64,000 nucleotides of DNA from positions 7,192,001 to 7,256,000 of the forward strand of contig JAYWIR010000002.1 in the NCBI GenBank assembly GCA_036172245.1. The letters are read 5' to 3'. Under the pieces are notes generated by a model, which saw nothing but the letters and a program-made list of their open reading frames with translations, ran no database searches and was not told the origin of the DNA. Position numbers and translations under genes: made by a program. How positions within the stretch are numbered: position 1 is the stretch's first letter; each line of letters opens with the position of its first letter. Shown here in pieces: positions 25,404-40,315 of this stretch. The stretch is from Raillietiella orientalis (taxonomy: Eukaryota).

Positions 25404-28311
25404 TCACTCTTCTTTGCTTATAGAATTTAACATATCTTGTTCAATTGTTTTCAGAGACCAGTGATGTTCACACAGTTCCAAAGCTTCCCATTCTGCTTTG
25501 AATGCTGCTTTATTGTCTGGAGATACTGCCATGTACTGTGTCATCTGTTCCTGCATGGCTCTAGTTTGATCAGCAGCTATGATCTATAGTAAGGAAAGTA
25601 ACTTGAAAAAATTTTTTCACCATTATTTTCTCCTAAAACTAGGCCATAGATACTGCGAAGTCCAAAAACATTCAAAAAATACCAAGATGCAGAGGACACC
25701 CAAGAAGCATCCAGTGATAACAAATCTATTCCTCTTTGAAGCATGGGTTTGAACCGTAATGTTAAAGGAAAAGGTACCTTAGCTGAAAACATAGACATTA
25801 ATATCTCATATGTGATTTCAGACTGAGTACTTGTAACAAAACCAGAAAATGTCCAATTTATCCAACCACCTATGACAATCATTGGCAACACATTGGTTAC
25901 ATTGCTTTTCATCATTTCAATCATCATATTAGGGTCCATCATGGGATTCTGAGACACTGTCTGCCTTTTCTGTGTCTTAAAATATCCTAGGCATATGAAA
26001 AATGTAAGTGAAAAATTTAATTTAAAAAAACACAGATAAAGACACAAAAGTAAACCAATTTAATAAACTCCAGATCACAATAAGATTAAGTATGTGAGAT
26101 AAAAAGTCTAACCTGTTTCTTCATTATTGAAAAAATGTTTCCTCATTAGGAAGGAGTGTTTTGGAATGTAATTTCCATTCTCTCTTAATATTTTGGCTCT
26201 CAGCATCACCTGACTTGAAACAAATGTATTTTTAAGAATCATAAACAATCACTCCACACATTCTATACTATTTACTCTATACTTTTACAGGATGAAAACA
26301 CCAAGTAACCTTTAAAATAAAGCACCTCTTGTGTTAAAAAAATATTTAACATTTAACATAGTCCTGTTTAAAAAACACAAGATGAAAAAAGTGAAAGATT
26401 CTGCAATTATAGAAAAACAGCAATTATAGAAAAACAGTAATCCTTCTGTAAAACTTTGGGTAAATCATGAAGAGGGTACATTGCAGCAGTTCAAAAAACA
26501 AATGAACCAATTTACAAATATATTGGTATGTTGTGCAATGAAAATGATACAAAATGACAGACGTGTAGACACCTACATAATTTAAACAAGGAAATTGCTT
26601 ACAAACAAGCAAATAATCTGCAAGGAAAAAAAACAAAAGTGAACTACAGAAAACATCATCAAATTGTAGAAACATCAATTAAAATAAAACAATACAACTG
26701 ACTGATTTAAACTAATATGGAAACAAGATGTATGATGTACTAGTAACAATTAGATAATTTTTAAAACAAACAAAGTGATCAATCATTGAAGAAATTATTG
26801 TTTCTTCCAATCATAAATGTTGCCACTTTATGGCTGAATATAAACTAATACATGAATAATCTGTAAAATGATCTCCAATTCCACACAAAATTAAATCACA
26901 AGTCTTGACTTTACAGACTGAAAAAAAGAGAGAGAAAACAAAAACATCAAACCTAGATGTAATTTAATGGATTCGATTCAACATCAAAAACCTTGTACAT
27001 ACTTTTGTGAATGCTTATTGGATTGTGAGCATTCATGATGCACTATCAATGCAGTCAATTAATGAAACTCTTCAAGACACTAATGATGCACTTCTTATTG
27101 AGGATCAAGTTACATATCAACAATGATTACAAATACATGGGCTACATGCAAAATTCCAGCAACGCTATATGGTCTACAATGAATGGAGGTTCTCCACTCT
27201 GATTTAATAAAAACACATCAAGAGTGATGGAGTGTGTTTAAAATTAAATGCGCTTTCATAGCCATATACCTTATGTTATCCATACATATTCAACTTATGA
27301 CTTTGCTGCCATTCTTAACTGAGTTTGAATTTCAAAATACTTAATCAAACTGTTCCAGACTTAAAATGACACAAAAATATAAACATGGAGTGCTGGTGAA
27401 TGATGGCTGAGAATTAACAGGCCTGTGATCAAATTGCCAGTGTAAACTTCATTGTAATTTGTGAAAAAAAGTAAGTAGGAACACAACTTCTAAAAAAATA
27501 TAATTTAAATGAATAACTCATAAAGCTACGATTTCATGCAACAAAATCCCCAAAGATATGCCATGGAATGCATACATGAATTCTTGCTTTGTTAAGATTA
27601 AAAATTGTTTCAGACCATTTTGCAGCTTATCATCAAAAACATGTGAACATCGATTCTTTTTTTTTCACACAAGATGAATGCAATTCATATGCTGAGCAAA
27701 AATAAACCCAACAATGTATGCATATCATATAATCATTCGTGGGGCAATGTGACACTTTGAAACAGATAATTGTCAGGTAGCTAATACTACTCACTGGGAA
27801 GTCTCGAAAATTATATATGCAACAGCTACAATGACTTAATGTCAGTATGCATAAATACACCAACAGTTACAGCATAAATACACTATTAACTGTTGAAAAC
27901 TATGGAACAAACACCAAATATAACTAAGGCAAATCTACAATAGATTTCCTTTGTGGTTTGCAAAATGTCATCTTTCTGGGTGTGCTTTCTTTATACCAAT
28001 GGACAAAACTACGGTGTTTACTACGTTAGTTGTTTCATACGAGAAATAGCAATATGCTAAAGCAATTCCAATTCGTAATGGTTAAAGCAAAGTAAATGGT
28101 TAGAGCAAAGAATCTGTACTTACTTGCTTATAAATGAAAATGCAATTTTAAAAAAAACTCACTTATCTTGAATTTGTTGCAACTCCGCCTTTTTTGTTGA
28201 TGCAAGTAAAATAGAAACGTAATGCCTTATTAGTCCAACTAAAAATGTTATTAAAACAATTGGCAAGAACACCCATTTCCGAATATTAGAATCCAGAATA
28301 AGCTCCGCCAT
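25404..28311 (-). CDS. EMC3: ER membrane protein complex subunit 3 (TMEM111), complete 5-exon gene: join of 28163-28311, 26113-26213, 25831-25986, 25621-25782, 25404-25576; 246 aa
   Basis: Spliced translation [36 protein letters not shown]...[19 protein letters not shown]...[70 protein letters not shown]...[16 protein letters not shown] matches EMC3 along its length. All four introns are GT..AG and phase-consistent; exons total 741 nt ending in TGA. Confidence 0.97.
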
Positions 28312-31300
28312 TGGCCTCAGTATTGTTTATGGAATCAGCAAACACATCATAATCACGTAAAGTAAAAAGAAAACTAGATTATTTGTGTGGTTTCGGCCAC
28401 ACTTTCTGTCGATTCCTTGTCTGCATGTTGGCCTTACGAGAGTTTTCTATCAAACCTACAATTTGTTGTGTGTAGAACACGGGTTTCCTTTCCCTATTTA
28501 CACGCAAAGCATTTGTGCACCCTCAATTTACCACTCCATACCACTGGCAGAAAGTACTTCACGGACCCCCGAATCACCTGAGTCCTAGGGGCACAACCCA
28601 AGGGTACCACTCGCACATGTGAAAGAATAGGGTGACTGAAAATAAAACAGTGAATGCTTTTCCTGATACCGACTCTTGAGAAATTTTGAGAGAAGAAATT
28701 GATGGTAATAGATCTATATTGAAACTCAATGCCTACTAATAGCGCAACGATAAATCGAGTCGAAAGTTCTCGGAAATTCGGCCGTTCCATCAATTCCTTG
28801 GAATTCAAATAGTAGTTGATGTTGCACAGACTCCGATTCCTTGCCTATCAGATCGTCTTTCTCAAGTGTTTCATTAATTCATCATAAGGTCCTGACAAGA
28901 TATCCCTAAGTTCGCTGTGTGTCGATTCGCCATGGTCAAAAATCAGTCCCAATTACACACAGGAAAGGATGTACTGAATAGGGACATTGCAATGGGATAC
29001 AAGCTTAAAATATTGCGACAGAATGTGCTACAAAGAAAAGGAGAATCCGAAAGATCCTTAAAATCGAATTTACGAATTCAGCTTCTATGTCCTTTGGAAT
29101 ATTGTTGCACTGTACAGTAGACTAGTTGTAACCATATCCACATTCTACACTTCTATCCACATTCTCTAGACATGGTTTACTCCCTCATTCTAATCTGCTG
29201 GGAATCTTTTGACGCCTCAGTTATTGCATTTTGATTTTGTCGCAGTACAGCGATTATGCAGTTTTTGAACATCACAAAAGTGCTTTAACAATATCCAAAT
29301 AAAATGAGTTAGATCATTGTTAATGAGAAATTACAATTTCAAATATTGTTCCGAAGCAGTGCATAGTTTTAAACAAAATTGAGACCTCTGCACGCATAAT
29401 CGACTCTTCTGTTTCAATTACAAGTTATTCTAGTAATCACTGGAAATGTATTTATAAGTTCATTACGCTGATAAATTCTGAATAAAGCCACTGTGAGCAG
29501 ATGAAAATCCTTATGAAATCGTTCTGCACCTTCTAGACTCAACTATCGAGAGTGCCACTTTCCCGTAATCGATTCTCAAATTTCTGTCCTCTAAGCATGA
29601 CGTCTTGGATTCCTACACATCCACAGTGGATGAAGAATGAAACAGTGCCGCCTTGCTCTATATTTTAGAAAATACTTTCCGCTCGAGCGGTCAGATATGA
29701 GCACATATATATCTTAAGAATACTTCACCAGAAAATACATATGACAAGAAGCAATAAACTCGTATTTTAAAATTGGATTTTAAATTGAGTATTATGTAAT
29801 ATAACGAAAGAATAAATTTCAGTGCGAATACAAAAATATGGGGAAAGCAATCGATAAAATTTGAATTAACAAAATCGATTTTATTCTATTTTTTTCGAAT
29901 GAAAGCATCGTAAAATCCGTAGTCTATTTATTAAAAAAATTCATTAGCAAATATCTCAAATGTTTAAGACATGCGATCACTTGATAGACATTAGCAAAGT
30001 TAGAAATATTATCCACAAGACTATACGAATTGCTAGACGAAGGAAACAAGACATTCTATTCACAAGGCAATTACAAAAGTTATTCGAGCCAAAGTGATTT
30101 GAAATTTGCATGACTCATGAAAGCATACGAATGCAAACTCGATCGATAATAGAAGATAGTAATGGGACGACACAAAGAAAACTAATTAAAAATTACAAAT
30201 AAACACATTTTGCATTTGTCATATGAAAGTTTAGAGAACGTCCTAATTTCTGATGGATATTGAGTTCCTGCTACATTCACTTGTGGCATATAGAAACACA
30301 TTATAACTAGCAGGCACAAAGCACAGTTAGAAAAAACTTCATACTCAAAATCCTATATCATTTTATTTTTTCCAATAAAAACGAGCAACTGAGCTCTTTC
30401 TCCGTTGTTGTTTACCAACATTGCTGATGCCGATGCAAAACATGGAGCTGTATAGTTTGGCTTGTTGCTTTTAAATAACAGAAGCGAATTCTGTCCACAT
30501 TTCTGCCCCATCTTTTTTCTCGTGAGGAGACCGTGTAAAGGAGTGCAGTTTGCCATTGGGGCCCGCATCCGGTTTTCCTGCCGATCTTTAGCAAGGAAAC
30601 TCTACAACCCATAAAGCTTTCTAGCATTTCGTTTCCATTCATAGTCATACAATAGCTTGAGTACGATAATTGTTGTACGGCAAGTGAGTTCTACGCATGA
30701 TGACCAATGAAACCCTTTTTGTGTCAAAATTCCGTTTTCGCTGCGGAATAACCGAAAACAGTTTCAAAATGAATCAAAGGTCGCAAAGAGATATAAATGT
30801 CTAGCCTTCAAATGGATTGTAAAAATGGATCATTATGAAAATTGACAGCCGTTCTCTTTAAAACTTGTGACTAATTTTGAACTGATAACATGGCGCCTAA
30901 AATACGACTGCTGAGAAACTCACATTTTAAGGATATTCTAGCGTTAGTCAAACATTTGGGGTTAAATGCTCTACAAATCCTTTAAATTCATGTATCTTTG
31001 GAAAACCAGTTTAGGAAGCAACAGCATCCCGTCATCCAATCCATCTCAGCGAATCAAGAAGGGAACACCTTGCATGCAGTTCCGAAATAAAACAAATGTT
31101 TAATGTAGATCGATTTACTGATGTGATATTCGTTTAAAAGGAAAAAGAAACTGAATGTGCGTTGTTCAACGTAACAATATCTTCATCCCCTACAACCAGA
31201 AGAAACTACAACGTACACTAACACTAGCCTTTACTAAAACATGTGGGACTGGACACGCACCCCGAAAAACTGGAAGGCCCAAACCAGGCATTAAGCACAA

Positions 31301-31449
31301 CTAAATCAAGAAAGGAAACTGGATGAGAACATAGCAGGGATTAACCCGTAGGAGATAAGTGATTCAAGAATATTTCCTTCAGTCTCTGTCAACATAATCA
31401 CGAGTACGAAGATCACTACACAACTCCTGATACTCATACCAAGTTCCCG

Positions 31450-33900
31450 CCGCGTTTGCCTATTAAATGCTTTACCTATTTGATGTAGTCAGTTTCGTTT
31501 CACTTATCTATTACGTTTTATTCATTGGAGCTTCTGAACTCATTTCGGGCATCCTTTATGATCTTCTCCAAGATGACTGATCTTGCATGCTCGCAGGGTA
31601 TGGATCAGAGAAATGTGGTAACTTTGCAGATGAAGAGAATAATCTGTTCCGCACCGACACTTTGTTCCAGACGAACACACGTGGTTGCAAAGTATGCAAC
31701 TATGTATGAAATCGAAGTATCGAACTGTTCTCAGGAATGAAAAAAAAAAAACGAATTTGTTTAATCCTCTTTGAACGTCGAAAAACAAGTAATTGCTTAC
31801 GAAAATGTAAACCATCTTTAGAATTCTAGTCAGCGGCTGAAAATGGAATTTATTTGATTTGAGCAGTAACACTTCAGTGTCCAGCGGAAATCTTTCCTCA
31901 TTTTCTAGAAATTCTTTTATTCATAGCTTTTTTTTATCTGTTCATGTGGAACGAGATTACTTTCGGTAATGGTAATTGAAAAAAATTAGCGAACTTAAAA
32001 TGAATTCATTTCTGCTATTCTGTGCCCTCTGACTATGCTTCCTGTTTCAAAAATAAAGCATCTACTCAACTTTCTACTTCCTTTTAATGAGTGAACTTAT
32101 AGAGTGGCTCCGGGAGACAGTACGTCCTAACAGGTTCGCGGCTGCTGTGGAACAATTTTCCATCACAGATCCGGCATAGATGGATACTTTGGAAGTTGCA
32201 TCGACGAAAACTGAGTCGTTTCTGGTTTCAGATACGCAGTTGGTGAAGATTGTGAAAGCATCTCACAGAAAGTTTCAACACCGTTCCTCTTCTCAATTTC
32301 CTTTTCTCTCGCCTCCTCTCCGCATTTATAGATACCTTGAGCACATAAAACTAAACAAATATTCATCAAAGGCAAAGAGCTGCATCACGATGGAAGGCTA
32401 AGGAGGTTGGTCCGCTCTTCAGTTCGGTTCTCTAGCATACTGAACCCTCTACTTGAAGACCAGCCATGTTCCAAAGCCTCACTTCTAATTCCTTCACAGG
32501 CCCAAACAATTACTACCAGGAAAAATAATGCACGTAATGGCAACTGATTAGCGAGAACTATGAACAAAGTCTGTTCAACTCGCGACGCTTTACGTATTTC
32601 ATGTCACAAATTAACATTACAAAGTGCACACACATCCGCTGGCAATAAATTGAGCAAACTAATTAAGTTGGAATAAAAATGAACAGTTACAGTGCCTTAA
32701 TGTTGGCCGTAGATGTCTTGATTGCAGAAGCTCTGCGAACGATTTCAGAAAGGCAAGCAGTGACAGGATCCATCGAAGAGGAACCGTTATCGTATACTGT
32801 TTCCTTGATTCCAGAAATTCCAACAGATTATGGCTAAAAGGATTCCGACTTGAAATTAAGAAAGGGGCAATTTGCCTAGTCAGGGTCAAGATTTTGCTGC
32901 AAGTTGCGTCTTCCTCAGCCTGCCAGTATCGAGATTTCGGTTCCTCGGTTTACCAACGCGTGCGTAGAGTGAGCCGACAAGCGCTCGTGCGCGGTGGTGC
33001 AGTAAAGAACGCGCAGTACGCAATGTACGGAATTCGAAGCAGTTGGATTTTTTTCTTGGTGACCGCGAATTCTTCGCCTGCGTTGCTTTCAGCAACTCAC
33101 TCTCGTTAAGGGACGCCGTTCTGGCACCAGGAAAAATCTGCTTCGCGGATGACACGAGCGTGAAGCAACCACAGCGCGATTCGAGCAGTAACCCGGAAGC
33201 TCTCTTGACGGAGAAACTTCTGCCGGTTACCTTCTTTCTGTGGCAAATGTGTTCGTGGCTTTGATGAACTCCATTGCGGTCTTGCCTATACGAATCATGG
33301 ATTCCGGTTTACCAGCATGCACCAGTTTCCGTTCGAGATTCTTCCTTGTAAACACACTGCTCTCTCTCCCTCAGATCGTCGGTAACCAAACTAGGCTATA
33401 ATTCCTCAAATAAGTCGTTATTTGAGATACTCTGGAGGGATTCGAAAGGTGCGCAATCACGTGGCGCGATAAACATCAGCTAGGGTGAAAGGTGTAACAA
33501 GAGGCCGTTTTTTTTTGTGCTTCCGAAGAGGTTATACAGAAGGAACAATGGGTCTGTCGTACCCACGCTACTTTGGCCCGGTACCAAAGTTTGACGATCT
33601 CCTACGTCCGCTCACTTTTGTGGAAAAGAATGCATGGAGCCGCAAACGTGTGAGCTCCAGGAACTTGATTTCGCACCCTGAGAGATCTGTTTGTTCCTTT
33701 GGTTCAGTAAATAGGAACCGAGGGGGCAGTACGCGTCTGCAAGTAAGCATCAGCAGGTTTTCGAGATGTGCAGTTGAGAACGAAAATGCGAGCCCTTCGG
33801 CACTTCTGCAACGCCAAGCTCCCATGGGAAGCGAAGCGCCCAGTTCCATGGGTCATGAGACCGTGTGTTGCTGATAATGGAGTGGTTGTTCAGCGTGCCC
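31450..33900 (-). pseudogene. Possible decayed hAT-like transposase
   Basis: Remnants resembling hAT motifs (HC..H.R.AL, VPLRWILS...F.EL) in shifted frames; heavily mutated. Confidence 0.25.
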
Positions 33901-34563
33901 ACTCGGTCGAAAGCTTGGTTTGGAACGCTTACAGGGCAAATCTTCAAGCAAGAATCCCAAACACCTCAATCGCTGTGGTTGCTTGCTGATTCGTGAAGAA
34001 TGCTAAACCCTGCCTGACCAATTAGCTCCACGGAACCTCCCAGGACCGAGGAAGCCCTCCATCAGCTTGGAATTTTTTTTTGCTGGTAATCCCCACATCA
34101 TCGCCGAAGCTCTCAGATTGTGGTATGCCTGCATGATGGCCGAGCGAACGTGTCTCCGAATGCTGCGCTCTTGACGGAAGAAAATTTTTCGTAAAATCAT
34201 CCTTTCCCTCCTCGTCCGCCCTAAAGGCCGAGACGGCAGCTTGAACTGGACATGATACTCTTAAGATTCCTTTTCGTCTCCTCTTCCTGCTCGTGTCTTC
34301 GCTCGCAGGAACAATCGCAAGTTTGCCGCATCGCCTGCGCGCCTTCTCTAGAAAGGATGCTCGCTAGGTCGTTTTGGCAAGAAGGAGCGTCTGTTACGTT
34401 GGTTACAGCCAAATACGAGGGTGAGGATGATTTTGAAATGATTATTAGACTTCATGTTGAAGTATGTCATCTCCTGATGAGTTACTATTCACCCCAGATG
34501 GCATCAGCCTTCACCTTATGGAGGCATTTTCTTCCCTTCTCTAACAGAAATTCTTTGGTTCTT

Positions 34564-35190
34564 GTGGCTCTGATCTCCGCGCGCGATACAGAAGAGTTGC
34601 AGGTTCGAATCCATACGTGGAGGATGGACGCCGAGAAGTGGGTGCGCCGTGAGCTTCGAGTCTCCTCCTGCAGGACGACGCTGATTGGCCCGTAGGTTTA
34701 GGATGCAGCACTCGTGGAAGTCGAGTGCCCTCGTTGGCTGGCCTTCGGGATTGGAAGTCGAAACTCCGGGGTTCCTTCCTGGAGCGGCCGTTCTCTTTGG
34801 GGTTCCCCTCCGGTTATATAAATGGAGCCATTACCATGGAACCGGTTGGCACTCCCCTCGGGAAGTTGCCTCTCCGAAGTGCAAGAAGGGCTCTGCTCCC
34901 TTCGGAATTCCCTTAATAGGAGCGGATCCTTTTCGTGCTTCCTTCAAAGAAGAAACGAAGGGTGGCCTTTTCCGAAAGGCCACCCTTCCTCCGGGAAGAA
35001 GGGAGAATGAGGAAGAGGTTACCTTCGGGATTCCTATCAAGCGTAAGAGGAATGCATTCCTTCCTCCAGAGCCTTCTTGGATGGTCATAGGGTGGTCCCT
35101 AAATTGGATCGTTACACGCACCCTCGGGTGTCGTGGTAGAGCTTCGTGAGTCTCCTCCCTCCCCCAAAGAGGCGAACTCTTAGCGAACAG
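34564..35190 (+). mobile_element. SINE-like repeat, copy C
   Basis: GGTTCGAATCC at 34602-34612, GACGCCGAGAA, AAATGGAGCCATTACCATGG, CATAGGGTGGTCCC. Confidence 0.7.
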
Positions 35191-38100
35191 GAATTCTTGA
35201 CGGAATGACTGAAACACTATGTTCTACACTTCTCAGAGAGAGAGAAATGGAAGCGTAAATAATAAGATATCCAGGATGCAAATCTGATACAGAAGCACTG
35301 CAACATTTCTCATCTCGTTGAAGCATTCGAACACGCGTGGGCAAGGGAGAGGAAATTTTCCCGTCTTCATAGCTAACCGGCCACTAACCGTTTTCCAACC
35401 TAGTAGCGGTCGATGGAAGAAAATCAATAATTCCTCCCTTAATGATTTTAATCGTACCAAAGCATGAGATAAAATTGACATTTGTATATCAGTTTTAGAT
35501 CAGCGGCCTCAACAACGAATCACAAGCAGGGGTATAGTTATACACAAGAGGATGCAAGATGTGGACATCTGCACCGTTCGTCAATGAGATCTCTGAGCAA
35601 CTCCTCAAGGCGACGCACGTGTTACGAGGTTCCCTCGGAGGGAAGCGACGTGAGCTCCGGAAGAAGTGGGGACCGAGAATTTCAAAAAGCTGAAGGCCAC
35701 TAGAAAACGAATGCAGATCGAGCTTGGAAGAGTTATGGTTTGCAATGCGTGAGAGCTGATGGCATGTACCTTCCTTGGACGCGAACCCTCAAGGAAACTA
35801 CTCGTGCGTTGATTGGCTGTAATTGCTTCAAAGGGCCGTTTGCCGATTCACAGAAATAAAGACATCAGGATGCTTGAAATCGGTAAAGGCAAATTGCAAA
35901 GTAAAAAGAGTCGTACAGGAAATAGAAAACAGAGAAAGTATTTCTGAAGGTGAACTGCAGAGGAAGATGGTTCCAGAAAGTGCACCCGGTAAAATTCGAA
36001 GGCCGAGAATAGAAAAAAAGAAGCATTGGAAGGTTTTGCAGGAGCCAATCCTCGTCTTTATCGCAGTTAGGACCGACGATCTTTGCGATTGGGTACAAAT
36101 CTTGCTGGTGCCTGCTAACCAACATTTCATCACTGCACTGCTGACGTCTGCAGCGCCCATCGTTCTTGCTTTCGTTCCGAAATAGCAAACCCACCTTCAG
36201 CCATGAGATTGGAGCGATTCATTCCTGTAGAAAGTGGACTAAGAATTCCGCCTTCCGAAGGTCTGTCCTTAAAAACTGCCATCGCATCATGGCACCACCG
36301 CCGAATAACCAGCAGTCCATGCGCTCGATGGGCTCCCGTGTACAACGGATGAAGAGCTGAACTTCTGGATAGCTCGCTGCATGAGCAAGATCGGAAAGCA
36401 AACTTCCTGGATTCGGTGATGCTCCTCTGCTCCTCTTGCGTAAACTCACGAATGGGTCGGGATTGTGATCATCCAAACGTGTTGCCGGACTGCAACGCGA
36501 CAGCTGCTAACGACATCTAGTTCTGTCGCGTAGTTTACGCTCGGGGCTCAGCACGGATGGAAGCCTTGCGTTGCTAAAAAAGCACACGCGAGCGAGCTTC
36601 GTAGGGAACACGATGTGGCCTCCACGAAGAGCACATGGACGCATCCACGGAATCCGTGGGCCGGCATGCCTGATCGATCGAGTGCGTCAGCAAGCAGTCC
36701 CCGGCTATGCTCCATCCACCTGCTTGATTTATCCTGACTCTCGGACGAGCAGGTGGAACGCTGGAGAGCTGCTGAGTCGACGGCAGGCCTAGCCCCCCAC
36801 TGCGTACTCGCTCTTTTTGCAGAGGAAGGCCGTTCCTGAGAAGCACCCCTTTGCAAGGCCAACAAGCTAGCGAGAGCGAAATCTTGAGGAACTCGTTTCC
36901 TCAGAGGTTGAGTTGTGCGCCGCATGTCTGCGCCTCCGCAAGCGCCTTGCCGACGTCTTTTCGGCGCTCAGGCGACCAAACCATGTTTGTCGTGCCAGAA
37001 TTTCTCCCGCAAAACAATTGCGGATCTTTCAACGTATCTTCAGGCGTCGCCTAGGGAACAGGAGGATTTTCCCGGACCGATGGACCGAACGGTCTAGGAA
37101 GCGGAGGACACGGAATACCAGAGCTCTCCTCGTTTCTTCACTCCTCGACAGTTGAAATGGGAGGGTGCTGACGAATCGAGATGGGAGCCGTCCGTTCTTC
37201 GTCGTGCAACGGTGGCTCGCGGTCAGTCCGGGTCTCAACGGAAAAAGAAACGCGTGCTGCGGGAGGAAAAGAAAAAAAAAAAAAAAAACTCGGAAGGTTT
37301 ATGGAACCGGCAAATTGAGGTTTCGAATTCGCGATTGGGAAGAAATCTTCTTCCTGGTTTGCTTCCCGTCCTTTCTCTGCTGCAGCAAAGTCAGAAGAGT
37401 CAACTTTCCAACCGACCGGAGCGCATCGCCCGCCGCCGATTCGGCCGCACGAGAGGGCGTCCTTCTGGGAGCATCCCTGGCCACCTTTGCTGCCTTCTCC
37501 CTCGGAAGTGGAACCGTCGAGGAACGTCGCGCCCGCCAGCGGGGGCACCACCTCGAAGCTTGTCGTCGTCGGTGTTCCATCAGACGGCGACCCTCTCCGG
37601 AAGGAGTCGTGGGTGAGGAGGCTCACTTGGATGCCTCCCCAAGCATTGGCGAGCCACCACCATCTCGGTTGCAGCCTCCGCTCAGGGCCTCCTGCATCTC
37701 TCGACCGCGCCAGATCCTGCTCGGGCACAAGGTTACGCGCAGGACGGCGTTTTACTCTTATTCACGTGACCTGACGACGCTTTGCGATTGTCGAGACGAA
37801 CCAGCGGCGAGTCTCTCGACGGAACTCATCCGTCTGCCTCCATGACACCGAAGACACCCCATGGCAATCTTTCGGACACACACGCGGGGTGTCTGCCGTT
37901 CATAGACACCGCGTGTGCGACAAAAAGATTTCTCTTCTCCTTAGTGTCGCTGCCAGCGACTTTCTTTCCGAAGGCCCTTTTTTCACTTTTCCTCTTTCTG
38001 AGACGGGCCTTGCAACTCCGGAAGCTGCTGCTGCTGTCGTCGCAACTGGCATAACCCTTGCATCCAAGAGGCGCGACCGAGTCAGCTCGAGACGCCTTAT

Positions 38101-38859
38101 TGGCAACTGGGACTCATCGTCATCGCGAATAGAGCGTGTCAGGAAAAGGCTAGGAAAAATTTACGGCTCTTGGAGTTTCGATGCTGCAGCATCTTGATCC
38201 CTAGATTCTACCCAAGAGAAAAGAGAGACGTTTCCAAGCCATCGCTCGGTTTGGACTATCCCGGATGGAACGTCCCCTTCCATCGCTCTTGAAAAAGCAG
38301 GGAATCGGATTTATCGTCTCGAGCAGAAGTAAACTCTCATGATGGGCCACCTTCGCGAAATAGGAAGCAACAGAAGCTGATGGAGACGAAGATGAAAAGT
38401 TCTTCCGGGAGGAAAAAAAGGAATGGTAATTCATCTCGCTCATCGGCTACTGAAAAGACTCTGGGCGAAGCCACTTGAGTCCTTTAGCAGCGGCGCCTTG
38501 GTGTCTGCTCTGAACCAGTCTTCGATGAACTCGGCCTTTGATCTGGAGTCCCCCCTTTTGAGGTCTTGCAGGTTTTGAGGCTCAGCCGTCTTCGACACAC
38601 ACGCAAGGGATGACGTGGCTTGGCTATCCCTGCGGCATTCTACCTCGGCACTCGCCCTCCAATTCCAAACGGCCCAGCAAAGGGGAGGAACCAATGAGGC
38701 TGCTCGCACCCCCACGCGAGGAAAGTCTTCTGGCTCCTTCGGAACCTCTGTTCGTGCAGTCCTTCCCAGCCGAGCCTGCCCGGCATTCATCCTCGCAGAT
38801 CTTGAGTGTAGCTTTCGTATCTTCCGATCCTCTCAGGAGCCGTCATGCGCTTGGGGTGC

Positions 38860-39390
38860 CATTGTTCATGGGTGCTTCGGCCACCATCTCCATCAGGAAC
38901 CGTGGCGTCCGTGGCTCTCGCGGACCAAAACAACGTCCGTTCGGGCTTTGGCGGACGGTCCATGAGTATGAGCAGAGAAAAGGGGCTCGAACGTCATCAT
39001 GAATTCTGGATCTTTGTGCCTCCCTGTGGCATTAGAGATCGGGCAGGGTTGATGTGCCAGCAGAAATACCGAGCCTTCTTAGAGAGAGCGAGACAGAAAA
39101 AGGTGGGGGTATCCATCATATAGGATGGCTCGAGTGGCTTCGAAGACCATCTCGAGAGCTTTCCTGAGATCCATCTCTAGGCGCTCTCTGAGTATGCATC
39201 CACCCCGTGTCAGCCACAGCTGGAAGAGTGCCACCCGACGAAAGAAGATGGGAAAGAGAGCGCACTATTCAGACAGGAGGATCATACGTTGGGCATCCTG
39301 GCGCATCCATTCGAATGAAGTGAGCCCGAGGACCAGCGGCAGCTGGAAACGCTGCTTCGAAGATGATTCCAAGATGCCATCCTGACTATG
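38860..39390 (-). pseudogene. Decayed non-LTR retrotransposon APE endonuclease
   Basis: Ordered motif remnants across frames: VRMASWN, MILLSE, LILMDRPP, V..GD...H..W. Confidence 0.35.
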
Positions 39391-40315
39391 CCTCCCTGGG
39401 AGAAGGAATCCAAAAGCACGGAAACATTGGACCCTGAACGTTTTCTTGAAGACATGTGGAAGCGAAGAGCCTTCGCCAGAAGATTTCTTCCATCTCGGCC
39501 AAAGAAGTCTTCCCTTTCGGGGCAGAAGAAAGACGGTATGCAGAAAGCAGAAGGACCTGGTGAGCCGATGAGTGAAGGAGGCTGTATCCTGGTTGACAGT
39601 CTTCCAAGAACGCGCGAGCCAGGACCCTGTGGATCCACCTACAACAAAATGCAAAGCCCCTTAGATGGATCGGTGAGGCCATCCTCCACAACTCTGCTGA
39701 CATTTCCTACTACAGAATATCGCTTTTCCTGCTGATTTCTTCGTTGGCTGTGGCGGCAGAAGAAGTCAGATCTCCGTGATTATCTTTCCTAGTCACCCTA
39801 CATTTAACACAAGGAAACTCCATGTGTATCGTCAGTATCCCCCCCCTCCTCCTTGCAACTAGAAGAACCAGATGTCGAGATGCTTGGATTCCATTCCCAC
39901 GCTTCAGGTGTGACAACGGTCCACATATGATCCACGTATGATCCTCCTGTTTGTTTGTTTTTTTTCACTCCCGTCATTCTTATGGCCATGAAGAGAGGAC
40001 CAACAGCCCGATTAAAACCGAGATGATCTTTTACCTGCCGATGTGCGACACAGCCGCGACCAATCGAGAGAGGTTACCAGCGATCAGCAATGTTTTTCAC
40101 TCAACTAAACCAATTAGCTCTGAAGATTCCAGCTCAGACATCAAAGATCGTCTCATCTCTCCTGACCGTTTGCCGAACATCTGAATCCTGATGCCCATCT
40201 TGTGGAAAGGATGTGTCTGTAAATTGCTTTCAAAGGAATGGCGTTCTTAGAAGGCGCCTCTCCAAGCCGAAAGTGGAAATCCCTTTGGGGGTTCTTTTCT
40301 GTCTCCACTGTTTTT

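Noticed and set aside
28385..28402. GTGTGGT-TTCG-GCCACAC hairpin followed by a short T tract upstream of EMC3
   Set aside because: Looks like a bacterial terminator or UUCG loop, but the context is eukaryotic and a 7-bp stem can arise by chance.
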